Part shown: piece by piece, positions 41,702 to 50,932 of the stretch
Position numbering within the stretch: position 1 is the stretch's first letter
Layout: each line of letters opens with the position of its first letter
Assembly (NCBI GenBank): GCA_043745805.1
Contig: JAYTSD010000044.1
Span: forward strand, 40,537-104,536
DNA: 64,000 nt
Origin: Fibrobacteria bacterium
GTDB taxonomy: Bacteria > Fibrobacterota > Fibrobacteria > UBA11236
Reading direction: 5' to 3'
Translations under genes and position numbers: made by a program
Notes under the pieces: generated by a model
The model's input: the letters and a program-made list of their open reading frames with translations, nothing else
Database searches by the model: none
What the model was told of the DNA's origin: nothing

Positions 41702-42963
41702 AAAAACCTCAAAGTAAATAGCATCCCTGATTCCAGTCTTTGCACTTTAGCTTGAATCCCCATTTCTTCTCCGCGAGTTAATAAGGTATGCAGAAAAACG
41801 CCATGTTGATCAGTATCTTCTTTTTTTGAAGAATGATGCAAGGTAATATCATCCGGATTAAAACCGCCGGCATTGTCCACAATCTCTAATTCCATCGGGT
41901 GAGGAGAATGCATACGTATTTCCAACGGCTTTATTTCACGCAGCTCGGCAGCCTCTTGTGCATTTTGAATAAGGTTTACGAGTATAGATAGGAAAAATGG
42001 AAGATGCCCATTAAAAATTGTTTTTAAGGAGTTTTCATCGAACACAAATTTTACCTGATTAAATCTTTCGGTAACCGATAAAATATGTTCGTATAAGGAA
42101 AAAGAAACCTTGCCTTCAGGCGCGATGAGATTCAATTTTTCTTTTACTTCTTGAATAACGCTTTCGGTTAGTACACCGTAACGTTCAGGTACTTCTCCTT
42201 TTTTGCGTCCTAATAAAATTCGATTCAAACGAAAGAGAGAATTGTTGATATCATGCACGGCCATCACAGAAGCGAATTCAAAAGTTTTGTTCTTTTGTAC
42301 TGCTAAATTAAGTGCTCCGCGATTTTTGGCATGCTCGCTTTTTTCATTTAAAAATTCGGAGATCCAACGGGTTTTTTCTTCCGCCAAAGTTTGAATTTCA
42401 GTTTCAAAATTCTTCACCTGATTTTTTTGTAAACTAAAACTGATGATCATAATGATATGCACAACGAATTGGGGAATAGTAATGTAAATGGGATAATGAT
42501 GGGTAAAAATGGAGGCTTGGGAAATGAGTATAAATCCATAAATACAGTACTTAAAGACATTACTGCGCAAATGAGAAATGTTGAAATTATTATAGAGAAT
42601 AGCGGCAAATGCAGGTAGCATAAGCAGCTTTCCGCCGGGCTCGAATATAACTAAAACCGCAATCGTAAATTGATCACATACGAGCTTGAATTGCATTCTT
42701 TTTTTAAGCAGCTCTTCTTCGGTTTTACTCAATTTCAAAATCAATTCGCAGAATAGGAGAAAGTCAATTATCCAGACTAAGCCCATGCTCCAGCTAATTA
42801 CCGAGATATGCGCATAAAACAAATAAATGGGTATGACTAAAAGATTCGTGAGTAAAGTCGATTTATAAATATTGGCCACAGTAGGTGCTAGCATGCGCTG
42901 AATAGCTTGCTTGAACCGCGAAGGTTTATTTTGCTCGAAAAGCAATGACTTTGGTGAATTCAT
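41698..42963 (-). CDS. Membrane sensor histidine kinase with an atypical G2 box
   Basis: About 6 TM helices; H box VHDINN, N box NLIQNA, G1 DNAGG. Confidence 0.8.
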   Translation of the reverse strand: MNSPKSLLFEQNKPSRFKQAIQRMLAPTVANIYKSTLLTNLLVIPIYLFYAHISVISWSMGLVWIIDFLLFCELILKLSKTEEELLKKRMQFKLVCDQFTIAVLVIFEPGGKLLMLPAFAAILYNNFNISHLRSNVFKYCIYGFILISQASIFTHHYPIYITIPQFVVHIIMIISFSLQKNQVKNFETEIQTLAEEKTRWISEFLNEKSEHAKNRGALNLAVQKNKTFEFASVMAVHDINNSLFRLNRILLGRKKGEVPERYGVLTESVIQEVKEKLNLIAPEGKVSFSLYEHILSVTERFNQVKFVFDENSLKTIFNGHLPFFLSILVNLIQNAQEAAELREIKPLEIRMHSPHPMELEIVDNAGGFNPDDITLHHSSKKEDTDQHGVFLHTLLTRGEEMGIQAKVQRLESGMLFTLRFL

Positions 42964-43711
42964 AGGATAAAACTATCATCATGGAAAAAATCCACACCGT
43001 AACGGCTTCAATGGGCAAATGCGACCATGGTGGGATGAATATACCTAGCATATGTATAGGATTATAATTCCAATAGCCCCTAGGTAACGCCAAAGTAACT
43101 TCCCAAATGATAGAAATCAAGGTAGTGACGGTTAAGGTGAGGAAAAAAGCGCGGAAATTGATAAAATGGCGGGTTATTTTCCAAAAGAAAAAAAATGGAA
43201 CATAGGCGACTACAGTTAAAAATAAAATGTAACCGGGCAGAAAGGATCCCGTGGGATTTAGCCAATGTTTTAAAACAACAAAGGAGAGCATTAAACCGGT
43301 TGGAAAAAATATATGGGTGAAATTAAGTCGATGTTCGATAGTCCGCCCCAAGGAAAAAGCCTGTTGTCGATAAAGACTGTCATCCATATTATATTTCAAT
43401 AGGAAGTATTCATCACTATAAACATAGGCAAATAAAATAAACCAAAAACCCGAAATGTAAAAAATGAATTCTTCGAGAGGAATACCATAAATATTAATTC
43501 CTAAAGTCATATTAGGATTAGGAAAAACAAAAAATAATTTTCCAAAAATCAAATCGAGAATAAATCCAATCAGTGCCAAAACTCCGATATTGATCCAGAT
43601 GGCTTTTTTTTGGGGTGGCTTTAATAATTTTCTTTTCGAAAAAAATCCCTGCATCCAAATAATTGGAACAATCCAGAATGCTAATGAAATGGTATATTCG
43701 GGCAAATGCAT
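42926..43711 (-). CDS. Lycopene cyclase domain (CrtYc/CrtYd-like) tandem membrane protein
   Basis: D..F....F.FP....LG....IPLEEFIFY and WE....GYWNYN...LG......PIEA; TAATG coupling sets the start. Confidence 0.7.
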   Translation of the reverse strand: MHLPEYTISLAFWIVPIIWMQGFFSKRKLLKPPQKKAIWINIGVLALIGFILDLIFGKLFFVFPNPNMTLGINIYGIPLEEFIFYISGFWFILFAYVYSDEYFLLKYNMDDSLYRQQAFSLGRTIEHRLNFTHIFFPTGLMLSFVVLKHWLNPTGSFLPGYILFLTVVAYVPFFFFWKITRHFINFRAFFLTLTVTTLISIIWEVTLALPRGYWNYNPIHMLGIFIPPWSHLPIEAVTVWIFSMMIVLSYEFTKVIAFRAK

Positions 43712-44244
43712 TAAAAAACCTTGGGAACAATTGTATGCACTATGAAATAAACAATTACACCCATGCCAAAATATCCAATTCGCACGGCTATGGGTATTGG
43801 GCCAACCATTACAGGTTTTCCAGTCCATAGTGTGGTTATCCAATATTGCTCATTATATTTCCAAAGGCCTAATTTTAAAAATACCCATTCTAAAATATTA
43901 CCGACTATGCCTAGCCCTATTGAGGCTGTCCAAATAGGATGCCAATGGGTGAGTAATGTTTGTTGTAATAATTGTCCTAAACTTAATCCAAAAATTAAAG
44001 TGGCTTGCCAACCTAAACCAAAAATCCAATTCACATCTCTATCTCGAACCGTGAAAGTAGAGTTTAGGAGTAAAGGATTATAATTCCACGCCGCTTCTGT
44101 GGTAAATTCAAAAGTCATTCCGAAATAATAAAATACGACAAAGGCAGGAAAGCTTAAATGTAAATAGCAGAACTGTGGAATAAGGCCCAAAGCGAACAAG
44201 GTCATGATGGCATATTCATATTTGCAAAAAACAATTTTCTTCAT
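43711..44244 (-). CDS. Membrane protein with a duplicated E-x(6-8)-WxYN motif (lycopene cyclase/CruF-like)
   Basis: FEFTTEAAWNYN and LEWVFLKLGLWKYN...GPIPI. Confidence 0.55.
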   Translation of the reverse strand: MKKIVFCKYEYAIMTLFALGLIPQFCYLHLSFPAFVVFYYFGMTFEFTTEAAWNYNPLLLNSTFTVRDRDVNWIFGLGWQATLIFGLSLGQLLQQTLLTHWHPIWTASIGLGIVGNILEWVFLKLGLWKYNEQYWITTLWTGKPVMVGPIPIAVRIGYFGMGVIVYFIVHTIVPKVF

Positions 44245-44373
44245 AAGCGTCGCTTTCGAATTATAAATTTATGCTAGCAAGCTGAATACAAATTGTCGAG
44301 ATTTTTTTTTTGATATTAATGGGGATTATTAGGAAAGGTTGTTTCGGAGAGTGAGAAACATTATAATGATGTC

Positions 44374-45642
44374 ATGCGAATTTGTTTACAAATATTATTA
44401 ATAGGACTGTGGGTAACTTCTATTGCCGCGAGGCCTTTATTTCCCAGCCCAGAAATAGGCACTGAATCTCAAGCGCATGCTGGCGGAGGAACGGCCTTAG
44501 AGGGAGGTTTGCATTCCTTATGGACCAATCCCGCCGGACTTAATATCGTTGATGGATCAGAATGGGAAATAGGATCAATGGGTGTGAACGAAGGATTTTC
44601 TCCCTATGCTTGGTATGGCAGTCATGCTTTAGAAAGATCAAGTTATGCATTGGGATATTTTAGGGATACGCGTTTAGGGCCTAATTATCAAGGTTTAATA
44701 GGAGCATTTACTTTAACTCCCATATCTTGGTGGACGGGTGGTGTTACCGTTTTAAATACCGTGGTGGGAGAGGATTTTGGAATTGATATGAACGCGGGAT
44801 TAATTTTACGTGCAGGGGAGCATTGGCGTTTGGGTGGAGACATAAAAAATATTTTTCAGCAAGGCTATGGTCGTGAACCTGAGGGTTATGCCTCCGAAAG
44901 AAAAGTAAGTTTCGGTTTAGCGTATTTGAAGGATGATTTAGCTTGGGGCAATATCAATGGTTTGACCATGAGTTATGATTTTAAAATTTATGGATGGAAT
45001 CAAACGGGGGATATTTTACCTAAAGATTTTTCCCATGTGTTTTCGCTAGACTTAGAATTAAATCCGCAAAAAAATATGGCATTGCATGTAGCTTCAGTGT
45101 TACCTCAGCAAGATTTTTCCAAGGACCTGAAAATCATGGGTGGGTTTAATGTAATGTTTGGAATTAAACAGCATCAACTTGGGTTGGATTATGCAATAGC
45201 AGATAAGGCAAAAAATAATACTGGATTTGGTCCTAATCATTATAGTCATTCCTTGTCCATTCATAGACAACCCAAGCAAGCGCCTAGAGTTGAGCCTCCT
45301 AAAATTTTTGCCAAAACGGATCAAAGTACTTTTACGCTTTCCAAGTTAACCGAAGCTCCTTTGCACTTTTTTCTTTGGGCAGAAAATTCTGCACATCCCA
45401 TTACCCATTGGTCTTTATTAATTTGCCATTCCGATTCCAATGGGGTTTTGGGGGATACGGTACGTTATTTTGAAGGTAAAGAGTTGCCGCCACGCTTTGT
45501 GGCATGGGATGGATTAGATGAAAGAGGCCAACTATTAAATGCCGGCTATTATGCCTTTAGTTTTATTGCTAAAAATAGCGGAGGCAGGGAAAGCAAAACG
45601 CTATGGCAGTTTATTGAATTAATTTTGCCTAGTAAAGATTAG
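44374..45642 (+). CDS. Putative outer-membrane beta-barrel (PorV/FadL-like start) with C-terminal FlgD-Ig-like domain
   Basis: Signal peptide, WTNPAGL, WDGLDERG...AGYY. Confidence 0.6.
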   Translation: MRICLQILLIGLWVTSIAARPLFPSPEIGTESQAHAGGGTALEGGLHSLWTNPAGLNIVDGSEWEIGSMGVNEGFSPYAWYGSHALERSSYALGYFRDTRLGPNYQGLIGAFTLTPISWWTGGVTVLNTVVGEDFGIDMNAGLILRAGEHWRLGGDIKNIFQQGYGREPEGYASERKVSFGLAYLKDDLAWGNINGLTMSYDFKIYGWNQTGDILPKDFSHVFSLDLELNPQKNMALHVASVLPQQDFSKDLKIMGGFNVMFGIKQHQLGLDYAIADKAKNNTGFGPNHYSHSLSIHRQPKQAPRVEPPKIFAKTDQSTFTLSKLTEAPLHFFLWAENSAHPITHWSLLICHSDSNGVLGDTVRYFEGKELPPRFVAWDGLDERGQLLNAGYYAFSFIAKNSGGRESKTLWQFIELILPSKD

Positions 45643-46016
45643 ATTTTTGATTCTAAAACTTGTGCTACCATTTGGGATAGCCCTTTAGGATTGAATGGCT
45701 TCGCTAAAAATTGCGCATTCAATAAAAACATACCATCGCGTATATCTTCAGCTTGGCGATTTCCCGACATGAATAAAACTAAAGTATCGGGACGATAAAT
45801 CACCAATTGCTCCGCTAGTTCTGGTCCACTCATTGGCGACATTTCCACATCCGTAACTAATAAGTGAATGGGTCCTTTATGTTGGGTGCTAATAAATAAG
45901 GCATCCACTGCATTGTCTGCGTCTAAAACTTCATAGCCATTATGTTCTAAAAACATTTTTACTACTGTGCGTAAAGATGTCTCGTCTTCTACTAATAATA
46001 TTGTTTCGCCGTGCAT
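45639..46016 (-). CDS. Single-domain response regulator
   Basis: VEDE, TDVEM..MSG, FMSG, KPF. Confidence 0.92.
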   Translation of the reverse strand: MHGETILLVEDETSLRTVVKMFLEHNGYEVLDADNAVDALFISTQHKGPIHLLVTDVEMSPMSGPELAEQLVIYRPDTLVLFMSGNRQAEDIRDGMFLLNAQFLAKPFNPKGLSQMVAQVLESKI

Positions 46017-46176
46017 AAATCCCCTCTCTCAATTGCGCGCTCACATTGAGAGGCATTAAATGATCTGTTTTGATTATAGGGCGGTTGTATGCCACAGTCA
46101 AATATAATGGTATAAATGATCGGGATTTTTTTTAGATAATAAAAGGAATTAGCGGGTTTTGAGGTCGATTTGCGCG

Positions 46177-46974
46177 CTACGCGGCATAGGACAAAGCCTT
46201 AAGCATTCCTTGATGTAATTCTTGATTACTGAATAAAACACTTTTGCTATGAATATCCCAAGCACTACCATCGAGTTGGCATACCTTGCCGCCGGCTTCT
46301 TCTACTAATAAACTTCCTACTGCCACATCCCAAGGATAAAAGCATACCATGCAATAAGCATCGAGTTTTCCTGAGGCTACATAAGAGGCTTCCACACAGG
46401 AAGAGCCCAAACATTTTACTCTTTGCATAGCCTCAGCAGAGAGCATTCGGCGCTTAAGATTTTCTTCATTCAATTGATGGCGCAAGGTAATATCGCCCAC
46501 ATTTAAATCACCATGGGAAATGATGGCTTGATTGAGCGTGCTTAAATGACTAACACTAATTTTTTTTCCATTGCAAAAAGCGCCTTGGCCTTTGATAGCC
46601 GTGTACATTTCATCCATGGCGGGCATATAAATGGCGCCTACGGAACGTACACCTTTGATAATTAAGCCAATAGAAATGGCCCAAAGGGGAATACAGCGCG
46701 AATAATTAATAGTTCCATCAATAGGATCCACATACCAAGTAAAATCACTGCCCGCTTCCTTATCGGCACCTTCTTCGGTGACAATATTATGATCGGGAAA
46801 GGCATCGCTAAGATGTTTACGAATGGCGGCATCACAAGCTAAATCAGCCTCGGTGACAATGTCTTTTTCGCCTTTGAATTGAATATGTCGCAAAGAATTT
46901 TGTTTGTCTAAAGCGATTTGTCCGGCTTCGCGGCAGGCCGCAATGGCGGTGTCTAGGTAGGTTTGGTGGTTCAT
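46177..46974 (-). CDS. suhB: Inositol monophosphatase family protein
   Basis: VTEAD, DPIDGT.NY, PWDVA. Confidence 0.88.
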   Translation of the reverse strand: MNHQTYLDTAIAACREAGQIALDKQNSLRHIQFKGEKDIVTEADLACDAAIRKHLSDAFPDHNIVTEEGADKEAGSDFTWYVDPIDGTINYSRCIPLWAISIGLIIKGVRSVGAIYMPAMDEMYTAIKGQGAFCNGKKISVSHLSTLNQAIISHGDLNVGDITLRHQLNEENLKRRMLSAEAMQRVKCLGSSCVEASYVASGKLDAYCMVCFYPWDVAVGSLLVEEAGGKVCQLDGSAWDIHSKSVLFSNQELHQGMLKALSYAA

Positions 46975-47063
46975 AGGTGGTAAGGTAAAATCAAAGTTAA
47001 TCTTCGGCAATAAGTGCTAGTTAAGGGCAAAGGCATAAATTAAAGGTGTACTTACCGGCTTTA

Positions 47064-47159
47064 ATTAATAAAGGTGTTTAGTTCAAAGGTCTTGGCGGCC
47101 CCATAAATTGGGTCTTTTTCGCAAAATAAAGGGGTTAGCATTAATAAAGGTGTTTAGTT
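47064..47159 (+). repeat. 20-bp direct repeat, two exact copies
   Basis: ATTAATAAAGGTGTTTAGTT at 47064 and 47140. Confidence 0.8.
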
Positions 47160-47233
47160 TGGAGACCAATAATTTTAACATTAAAATTTGATTTTCCTTA
47201 TTATCTTATGGGTAATCGAGCTATGGAATTTTA

Positions 47234-47263
47234 TTGACTTAACACAAATTCAATCGGTAAACT
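47234..47263 (+). promoter_or_regulatory. Sigma70-like promoter
   Basis: TTGACT-N18-TAAACT upstream of 47285. Confidence 0.4.
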
Positions 47264-47284
47264 TTTGAAAACCTAGGAATTTTT

Positions 47285-47536
47285 ATGTCAGATTTATCAA
47301 GAAACCAATTAGATCAAAATTATGAAGCATTTACCAAACTTTTACCAGAGTTAGTTAAATCACATCCAGGAAAATTTGCCTTAATGCATGACGGTAATAT
47401 TATGGAGTATTTTGACACGGTACGAGATGCTTATAAAACAGGAAATGCTTTATTCAAAAAAGACACTGAATTTTCCATTCAAGAAATTATTGAAACCCCA
47501 ATCGATCTCGGTTTTTTTTCGCATGCCGTGTCTTAA
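47285..47536 (+). CDS. Small DUF5678-like protein
   Basis: LPELVKSHPGKFALMHDG.I. Confidence 0.6.
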   Translation: MSDLSRNQLDQNYEAFTKLLPELVKSHPGKFALMHDGNIMEYFDTVRDAYKTGNALFKKDTEFSIQEIIETPIDLGFFSHAVS

Positions 47537-47936
47537 TGGGCAAAGTCAACCTGGCATAGGTCCATTAATAAGTATTGGGGTTTCTGGTCCAGGAAAAATT
47601 ATTCCATCGACGAATCTTTCCGCAACGTTTTTTAATGCATTAGTAGATACCGGCGCTTCGGTAACTTGTATATGTCCTGCAATTGCAAAGTCGCTTAATT
47701 TGCATCCTATTGGTAAAAGACCGATGGTTTCTGCATTAACCGCAGCACCTTCAAATGTTTATTTAGTAGACTTGCTATTAAATTTTGGGAATTCGGCATT
47801 TATTATTTCGACCATACAAGTAATGGAATTCAATGTTCAACAAGGAGCACCTTTTCAAATGCTTATGGGTAGAGATATTATCGGGCGAGGAATTTTAACT
47901 TTGAGCTCCGATAATCATTTTTCATTTTGTATTTAG
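47523..47936 (+). CDS. Retropepsin-like (clan AA) single-lobe aspartyl protease
   Basis: ALVDTGASVTCI and LMGRDII; overlaps the upstream gene. Confidence 0.8.
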   Translation: MPCLNGQSQPGIGPLISIGVSGPGKIIPSTNLSATFFNALVDTGASVTCICPAIAKSLNLHPIGKRPMVSALTAAPSNVYLVDLLLNFGNSAFIISTIQVMEFNVQQGAPFQMLMGRDIIGRGILTLSSDNHFSFCI

Positions 47937-47957
47937 GCCGTGCTTCAAAAACTTCAT

Positions 47958-49400
47958 TTATTGCGCCCCATGACCAGTAATGACCACCCAAACCGTGCGG
48001 AATAAAATCAGCATGTCGAGCGATAGCGACATATTTTCAAAATACCATAAATCGAACATGATTTTGTTTTTCACATCTTCAATATTGGTGTCATATTTAT
48101 GTTTCACTTGCGCCCAGCCGGTTAAGCCAGGTTTCATTTTAAGTCTTTGCAAATAAAGCGGCACTTCATGGCGTAATTGCTCTATAAAATGTTCGCGTTC
48201 GGGTCTCGGACCAACCAAGCTCATATCGCCTTTGAGCACACACCAGAGTTGAGGAATTTCGTCGATGCGCGCGCGACGCATGATACGTCCTATGGAGGTT
48301 GCCCTTGGATCCTTTTGGCTGGCCCATTGTGGGCCAAGTTTTTCGGCGTCGGTGCGCATGGTGCGAAATTTATGTACCCAAATACGTTTTCCATATTGTC
48401 CAATACGTTCTTGACTATAAAATATAGGGCCTGGAGCCGTAAGCTTTATCCCTAAGGCTGCGAGGATCATTAAGGGTGCAGACATTGTCAATAATAAGGC
48501 CGACAAGCTAATGTCCATAAGTCTTTTAATATTGGCTTGCCATTCGGGCATATGTTCGGGGAATAATATTTTCAAAGTCATGCCGTGCACGGCGCTGGTT
48601 TTAAAGTGTCCGCTTGCGGCATCATATAAATCTGGAACAATAAAAATGACAATTGGGAATTCTACCACATGAGAGAGTATGCGTAAAATTTCATTATGCG
48701 AAGTAGAATCATGACTAATAATAATACTAGCGATGCGATAGTGTTTGATTAATGCAGGTAAATCAGAATATTTTCCAAGTATGGGCAAGCCATTTTGCTC
48801 CTTGCCTTTGAGATTTACATTTTCATCGACATAGCCAAAAACTTTCCAGCCTAATTCCGGTGCCGAGGAAATTTGTTTTTGAATAGTCGCACCACTTTCA
48901 TTGGCCCCGAGAATAAGCATGCGCTCTAAACCTTTACCCTGGCGTAGTAAATAGCGTATAAATGCTTGCGCGCTTAAGCGAAAGCCATTAATTAGTCCTA
49001 AAAAAACCAGCCAATAAGCGGTTATGGATAATATGCGAGAGGGTGTAAAAATATGCAATGGTATGCCATCATGCCAGGCTTCGACTACATCTGATCCGAT
49101 AGTAATAGCAATGATAAAGAAAAAGCCAACCGAGATTTTTTTGCTCACAATAATGAGTTGCACCGCGCGGCTTTGCAAATACCAATCGCGATATAAACCG
49201 GTTAAAAAGAAATACAATATCCATAGCAAACTAAACACGAATACGATTTGCGAATAATGTTCAAATTCTTTTTCGGGATCTAAGGAGTAAAGAAAAAACC
49301 CGCTTTTAAAGCGCAACCAAAAAATAAAAGCAAAAGAAAAATTAATGGAAACAATGTCGCAAACAAAAAGCAAATATTTTTCGAATTTACGAACTAACAT
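47958..49400 (-). CDS. Polyprenyl glycosylphosphotransferase (WcaJ/WbaP family)
   Basis: KFRTM, DEIPQL, VGPRPE, KPGLTGWAQV. Confidence 0.93.
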   Translation of the reverse strand: MLVRKFEKYLLFVCDIVSINFSFAFIFWLRFKSGFFLYSLDPEKEFEHYSQIVFVFSLLWILYFFLTGLYRDWYLQSRAVQLIIVSKKISVGFFFIIAITIGSDVVEAWHDGIPLHIFTPSRILSITAYWLVFLGLINGFRLSAQAFIRYLLRQGKGLERMLILGANESGATIQKQISSAPELGWKVFGYVDENVNLKGKEQNGLPILGKYSDLPALIKHYRIASIIISHDSTSHNEILRILSHVVEFPIVIFIVPDLYDAASGHFKTSAVHGMTLKILFPEHMPEWQANIKRLMDISLSALLLTMSAPLMILAALGIKLTAPGPIFYSQERIGQYGKRIWVHKFRTMRTDAEKLGPQWASQKDPRATSIGRIMRRARIDEIPQLWCVLKGDMSLVGPRPEREHFIEQLRHEVPLYLQRLKMKPGLTGWAQVKHKYDTNIEDVKNKIMFDLWYFENMSLSLDMLILFRTVWVVITGHGAQ

Positions 49401-49482
49401 TCGGAAAACTAAACTACCAAGTTTTTTTAGAGCGAACGGATTTAACCGTTCTTCTTTTGAAATAGATAGTCAACAAATTAAG

Positions 49483-50778
49483 CTATTTATAAAATCGCAA
49501 AACTTGCGCTGGCGCTTTGACAATGTCCAAAACATTGATTTGCGCTAAAGCGGCTGCAATTTGGGAGTTTTTTGCCGTATGCGTGAGAAAAATCACGGGT
49601 ACATTTTCCGGATCATGCTCGGGTTTTTGCATAATGGCCCGAATGGAAATCCCTGCTTCACCAAGTATGGAGGTTACCTTGGCAAGTACGCCAGGTTTAT
49701 CAATGGTGGTTAAGCGTATATAAAATTCAGTTTCCAATTCATTGATAGAGGCTAAGCTCGCTGGATTTTTACTGTTGAAATAACTCATAGGTAAAGGTTT
49801 TGGTTTTCCCGTTGCCAATTGACGCGCGATAGTGATGATGTCGCTTACTACCGCACTTCCCGTAGCTAATTTCCCGGCTCCTGCTCCGGTTAATAGCAAA
49901 GGCCCCACTGCCGAGGTTTTTAGGTAAATCGCATTTAATACGCCGCTCACCGTGGCGAGCTGATGATTTTTTTCCAACAAGGATGGATAAACCGAAGCTT
50001 GTATGCGCCCATCGGCATTTTGGGAAATAATGCCGAGAAGTTTAATGACAAAGCCCATTTCCTGTGCCATTTGCATATCCATGGCGGAAATATTCCGAAT
50101 CCCTTCCACCCACATTTGCTTATAGTCCACGGCTTTGCCATAACATAGCGAAGCAAGTAAGGCCACCTTGTGCGCAGAGTCGATGCCATCGATGTCGAAT
50201 GAAGGATCGGCTTCAGCATAGCCTAATTTTTGCGCATGCTGTAAAACCGTATCAAAGGAGATTTTTTGCTGCGACATTTCGGTAAGTATATAATTGCAAG
50301 TGCCATTGATAATGCAAGCAAGACCTTGAATATCATTCGCCAAAAGACTTTCTTGCAAGGACTTAATAATGGGAATGCCGCCGCCTACCGCGGCTTCGAA
50401 TAAAAGAAAACAATTTTTTGCGGCCGCCAAAGGAAATAGCTCGGTGCCATGATTAGCGAGTAAGGCCTTATTGGCTGTCACGATATGTTTACCACTTTGC
50501 AAAGCCGCAATATGCCATTCGCGTGGTTTTTCGGTACCGCCTGCAACTTCCACTAAGATGTCGATGTCGGTATGTTGCGCTAGCGCCATTGGATCGGTGG
50601 TTTTAAAAGCATTGGGCAGGTTAAAGTTGGAAAATTCATTTTCGGTTCGCGAGCAAGCTCCAGCAATTTCAAGTTCAAAGCCAAGTTCTTGGGAAAAGAA
50701 GGCTGCATTTTTTTGTAAGAGTTCTATAACGCCTGAACCAACGGTGCCAAGGCCAATAATACCGATTTTGATTTTCAT
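49483..50778 (-). CDS. hom: Homoserine dehydrogenase with ACT domain
   Basis: GLGTVG, TANK, EAAVGGGIP, GYAEADP, DKPGVL. Confidence 0.96.
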   Translation of the reverse strand: MKIKIGIIGLGTVGSGVIELLQKNAAFFSQELGFELEIAGACSRTENEFSNFNLPNAFKTTDPMALAQHTDIDILVEVAGGTEKPREWHIAALQSGKHIVTANKALLANHGTELFPLAAAKNCFLLFEAAVGGGIPIIKSLQESLLANDIQGLACIINGTCNYILTEMSQQKISFDTVLQHAQKLGYAEADPSFDIDGIDSAHKVALLASLCYGKAVDYKQMWVEGIRNISAMDMQMAQEMGFVIKLLGIISQNADGRIQASVYPSLLEKNHQLATVSGVLNAIYLKTSAVGPLLLTGAGAGKLATGSAVVSDIITIARQLATGKPKPLPMSYFNSKNPASLASINELETEFYIRLTTIDKPGVLAKVTSILGEAGISIRAIMQKPEHDPENVPVIFLTHTAKNSQIAAALAQINVLDIVKAPAQVLRFYK

Positions 50779-50932
50779 AATGAGGGAAAGTTAGCAAAAA
50801 TGAAGGTAGGAATGCCTACTGATGAATATTATAAGGCTTGATTTGCGCAAAAATTTTGTTTGATAATCAAATCTGATGTGAATTCCTAAAAGGACGATGT
50901 TTAACCTTTTGGGAAAGTGTTGGGAAAGAAAA

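Noticed and set aside
42926..43711. Conventional carotenoid gene cluster
   Set aside because: No crtE, crtB or crtI in the window; context is signalling genes
47036..47160. Possible CRISPR array
   Set aside because: Only two 20-bp copies with a 56-bp spacer, no palindrome and no cas genes
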